Below the pieces are notes generated by a model, which had not been told where the DNA came from, searched no databases, and saw only the letters and a list, made by a program, of their open reading frames with translations. From Anolis carolinensis (Eukaryota), in assembly GCF_035594765.1 (NCBI RefSeq), contig NC_085845.1, positions 191,162,897 to 191,226,896 of the forward strand: a stretch of 64,000 bases of DNA, given 5' to 3'. The stretch's first letter is position 1. Each line of letters begins with the position of its first letter. The position numbers were made by a program, and so were the translations under genes. Below are positions 60,481 to 64,000 of this stretch, piece after piece.

Positions 60481-61282
60481 TCCTGCCATAATTACACCAT
60501 ATTGGCCTCGCGTAATAAAGTCTCCAGAAGCCTCCAGTCATAATGATTGTGGAACACACTAGCTGGGCAGCTTCAGGAGCCACAGACTTCAAAAGTGACT
60601 TGTCCAAACTTCTGATAGCAACCTTCTGCATAGCATCCAGTGCATGAAAGGCATGTGATGAATGCTACGGCATTAAAGAAGATTGATGACTTGCTTTTGC
60701 CAATGCCAGCCAACTTACTGGTTTTCAAGCTACCAAATCATTGTTTTCACATCCAGAGAGATGTGAAGGATAAGACTTGGCACGTGGTCCGCATCTCGAT
60801 TGAGAACTCCTTAATTCAAGCAATAGCATTTAAGATTGCTATTTTGTCATTGTGTTGAATTTTTTTTAATTCACCTAATGTTCATTCTTTCCCTTTGTCA
60901 TTTGAATGGATTTGCAATTAAGGCCTTTGTTTAATTTCCTTAAAAATTTCATTCCTGTGTATATGGCCTCAGTGCAATTCCATTTTTTAATGTAATTGGT
61001 TCTCAATCCCCAGGGATATTAAGAGTAGCCCCACACATTCGAATGCAAAGTGCCATGATTCAGAACCAGCAGAGTAAAAAATTGAATGGGGTGAGCAAGA
61101 AGCACACGTTTACGATTTGGGGAACCAGCTCCTTCCAATACTTAATTCAACTTGCAAGTTCAAGGCAGAGAGAAAATCATTCTTTAAGGTATTATCTTCC
61201 ATTGACGACAATTACCACCACCATGACCATAGCTGGAATCCTGTTGAGTAGTATCAACTGAAGTACACTCATTACATCAAAT

Positions 61283-61426
61283 GTTGTTTAATTGCTTTAA
61301 TTGGATTTTTATTGTTATGTTTTAATTATGTAGGCATCGAATTGTTGCCAATTGTGTACGCCACCCTGAGTCCCTTCGGGTAAGAAGGGCGGGATATAAA
61401 TGTTGGAAATAAATAAATAAAATAAA
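61283..61426 (+). mobile_element. L2 3' UTR/tail
   Basis: GCCACCCTGAGTCCCTTCGGGTAAGAAGGGCGGGATATAAAT...(TAAA)n. Confidence 0.8.
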
Positions 61427-61547
61427 TTATGAGTTACCACAGGAGAATCCAGTTGATACCATGGCTCTATTGTAGTCAGGACTAACAACAGAATTTAGAT
61501 CCATGAATTTACATATTGTTAAATCAGTTTTATTAGAGTTGCAGGCA

Positions 61548-61555
61548 TAATAATG

Positions 61556-61601
<46 letters not shown>

Positions 61602-62034
61602 ACTTTATATTCCACTTTAGCTCCCCAAATGGACTCAGAGAGAATTACAGTACACATTTAAGGCATATCTTCAGTACCTTTTACATAATGACATACAATA
61701 CACAGACAAGGTAAAGGCCTTCCCCTTTTCATCTCCAGCGTCTGGAGGTGATGCTCAATTTCGGCCTTGGGGAGGTGCTCTTTTTCCATTTTTCCATGCC
61801 AAAGAGTCTGTTGTCCATAGACATCTCCAGTCATGTTTTGCTGGCATGTCTGCATGTAGCGAGGCGGTGCCCACTGATCTACCTGCACTGCATGCTTTCA
61901 AACAGCTAGGTTGGAAGAAACTAGGGCTGACAGTTGGGAGCTCACCCCAACTCACAACTTCGAACTACTAACCCTCCGGCCAGCAATTTTTTCCTGCAGC
62001 TAGCGGTTTAAACTGCTGCGTTACCAAAGCCCCT
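61548..62034 (-). mobile_element. Chimeric SINE: Sauria SINE body plus L2-type tail
   Basis: Reverse strand shows Sauria head and body to GGGGAAGGCCTTTACCTT, then CTGAGTCCATTTGGGGAG...GGAATATAAAG and (TTA)n. Confidence 0.75.
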
Positions 62035-62061
62035 AGCAGTGCTTCCACAGCCCATAGAGTA

Positions 62062-62301
62062 AGGAGCCCCCAATGGCGTAGTGGACTAAAGCCTCGTGAC
62101 TTGAAGGTTGGGTTGCTGACCTGAAAGCTGCCAGGTTCGAATCCCACCTGGGGAGAGTGCGGATGAGCTCCCTCTATCAGCTCCAGCTCCATGCGGGGAC
62201 ATGAGAGAAGCCTCCTGCCAGGATGGTAAAACATCAAAACATCCGGGCATCCCCTAGGCAACGTCCTTGCAGATGGACAATTCTCTCACTCCAGAAGCGA
62301 C
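62062..62301 (+). mobile_element. Vingi-type SINE (HDV-like fold at 62194-62287)
   Basis: B box GGTTCGAATCC; CGGGGACATGAGAGAAGCCTCC...GGGCATCCCCTAGGCAACGTCCTTGCAGATGGACAATTCTCTC. Confidence 0.88.
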
Positions 62302-62312
62302 TCATGTTGCTT

Positions 62313-62955
62313 CCACCCCGGAAGGGACTCAAGGTGGCTTACACATGGCATTTGTTCAATGACTTTGGAGAACATATCAAACATAGGTTTAAAATATTTA
62401 CATATTAAAATTCGTACAATGACATTAAAACCTTATTATCAGTTAAAATCATGTCATCCAAAAATCGTAGTCTAGTGCCATTCCATGGTCATTGCACATA
62501 TTACATATGTTTTTGCACTGCGCTGAGAGGCCACCACCGAGAAGACTGACACTCGTCTCTGCCAGCCATGCTTGAAAAACAGGCGGGATCGAGAGCAGGG
62601 CCTCCTCAGATGATCTTAATCTTCGAGGTGGTTCATAAGGGAAGATATGTTCAAACGAGTAAGCTGTGCCAGAACCAATTAGGGCTTTCTAGGCTAAAGC
62701 CAGTACTTTGAATTGTGTTTGGAAGCAGAATGGCAACCAGTGGAACTGGCTCAACAGGGGAATTGTGTGCTCACTGTACTCCGCTCCGGTGATCAATCTG
62801 GCTGCCGCTCATTGGACCAAACTGAAGCTTCCAAACAGTCTTCAAAGGCAACCCCACGTAAAGCACATTGCAGTAATCTCTACAGGATGTAACCAGAGCA
62901 TAGACCACCGTGGCCAAATCAGACTTCCCAAGGTAAGGGTACAACTGGTGCACAA
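62313..62955 (-). mobile_element. L2 LINE 3' fragment
   Basis: VHQLYPYLGKSDLATVVYALVTSCRDYCNVLYVGLPLK in ORF 62771-63028; reverse L2 tail at the left end. Confidence 0.88.
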
Positions 62956-64000
62956 TATCCCAATTGAAACAGTGGGATTGTCCTTGAGGTTTCTTCCAAC
63001 TTTGTGATTCTCCTGCTTTCTCTCTCATCTTATTTCAGTTGCTTCAAACTGAGTTCAAATCAGTACAGTGTCTGCTATTGTAGGCTCAAACAGCACAGCT
63101 AGTAAGGAAAAATATTTTCCAATGTGTGTAAGACAAAAGGGATGCTCCTCCTACATTCATCCTCATTTTAAAACAAAATATGCCAATACACCAGGGTATC
63201 TCCTGTTTTCAGCTGAGGATCTAAAATTGTAACTCACTGGTTTGTTTTTTTAATAAACTAGCATATGTGCAATAAGTGTTACACCGGGGGAGCAAATGCT
63301 AATTATTACAGGCAACGTATAATAACAGACTCATTTCCAGGAACTCTTCATCCTTCGATCCCCTCGCAATGCCGTCTCTTTATTTCTTTTAAGAATAATA
63401 TTGAACGGCTGAGAAGAGACATTCTCTCCTCTTTTGGATTTTATAGTTCTCTGGGGCATGCTAAGGAATGAATCAGTTATGCCCAGCATGCAAACATTAA
63501 GCAAACAGGAGAGCCATCCAAGCTATTTTGGTACATTTCCTTGATTTACATGTGATGAGCGCAAGGGGGGTGGAGAGAGCAAATGTGCTTCGCAGTTTTA
63601 AATTAGAAATGTAATATGAAAGGGAGTAGGTCTGTGCTGTACCTCAGAAGCAGGAGTTGCAAATTTGATGGATGTTTGGCAATCTCTTTTCTGATTTTTT
63701 CCCTCTGAGATAATGCTTTCATGCACAATGTACATTTCACACACTGTGATGTTTTGCAAGATGCGAAAACTTGCAATCCCATGTAATAATTGAAACCAGA
63801 CTGGGCATCATGGGTTGGCATCACCAGGCTCTTGTCCATGTTATATTCATCCAGGGATCCTATTGGTACTAAATTATACCACTATGATTTCATTTTAACT
63901 GTGATGGTTACATCCTATGGAAACCTCTATTTGGCAGTTTAGGGAAGACATTTAGAATTCTCAACCAAAGAGCTCCAGTCCCATCCCAAACTACAAATCC

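Overview
Eukaryotic, repeat-rich, non-coding DNA from a squamate reptile. The repeat complement (Sauria SINE, L2-tailed Anolis-type SINEs, Vingi, CR1, RTE, RTE-BovB, L1, L2, R4/Dong, Penelope, hAT, Tc1/mariner and Harbinger-type MITEs) points to an Anolis lizard, and there is a 147-N scaffold gap at 26164-26310. I found no recognisable host protein-coding exon, so this is probably a gene desert or a very large intron. The informative ORFs in the track are retrotransposon fragments; the rest are microsatellite translations or noise. The repeats are interspersed with several TE-free blocks rich in homeodomain-type motifs that look like conserved non-coding enhancers. Most notable observations: (1) a SINE family with five copies here carries an internal domain that maps element by element onto the HDV ribozyme double pseudoknot; (2) two dissimilar solo LTRs with 5-bp TSDs both have a reading frame starting at LTR nucleotide 2, and the two peptides share a gap-free 22-residue basic motif that in one reads RRKSARL, resembling the HMGN nucleosome-binding core; (3) a composite hAT element carries a tandem array of CR1 tails with (TTA)n spacers invaded by R4/Dong tails; (4) Penelope hammerhead ribozyme relics; (5) a SINE with a Sauria body and an L2 tail; (6) several nested insertions with clean TSDs. 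Family names come from recalled sequence features, not database searches.
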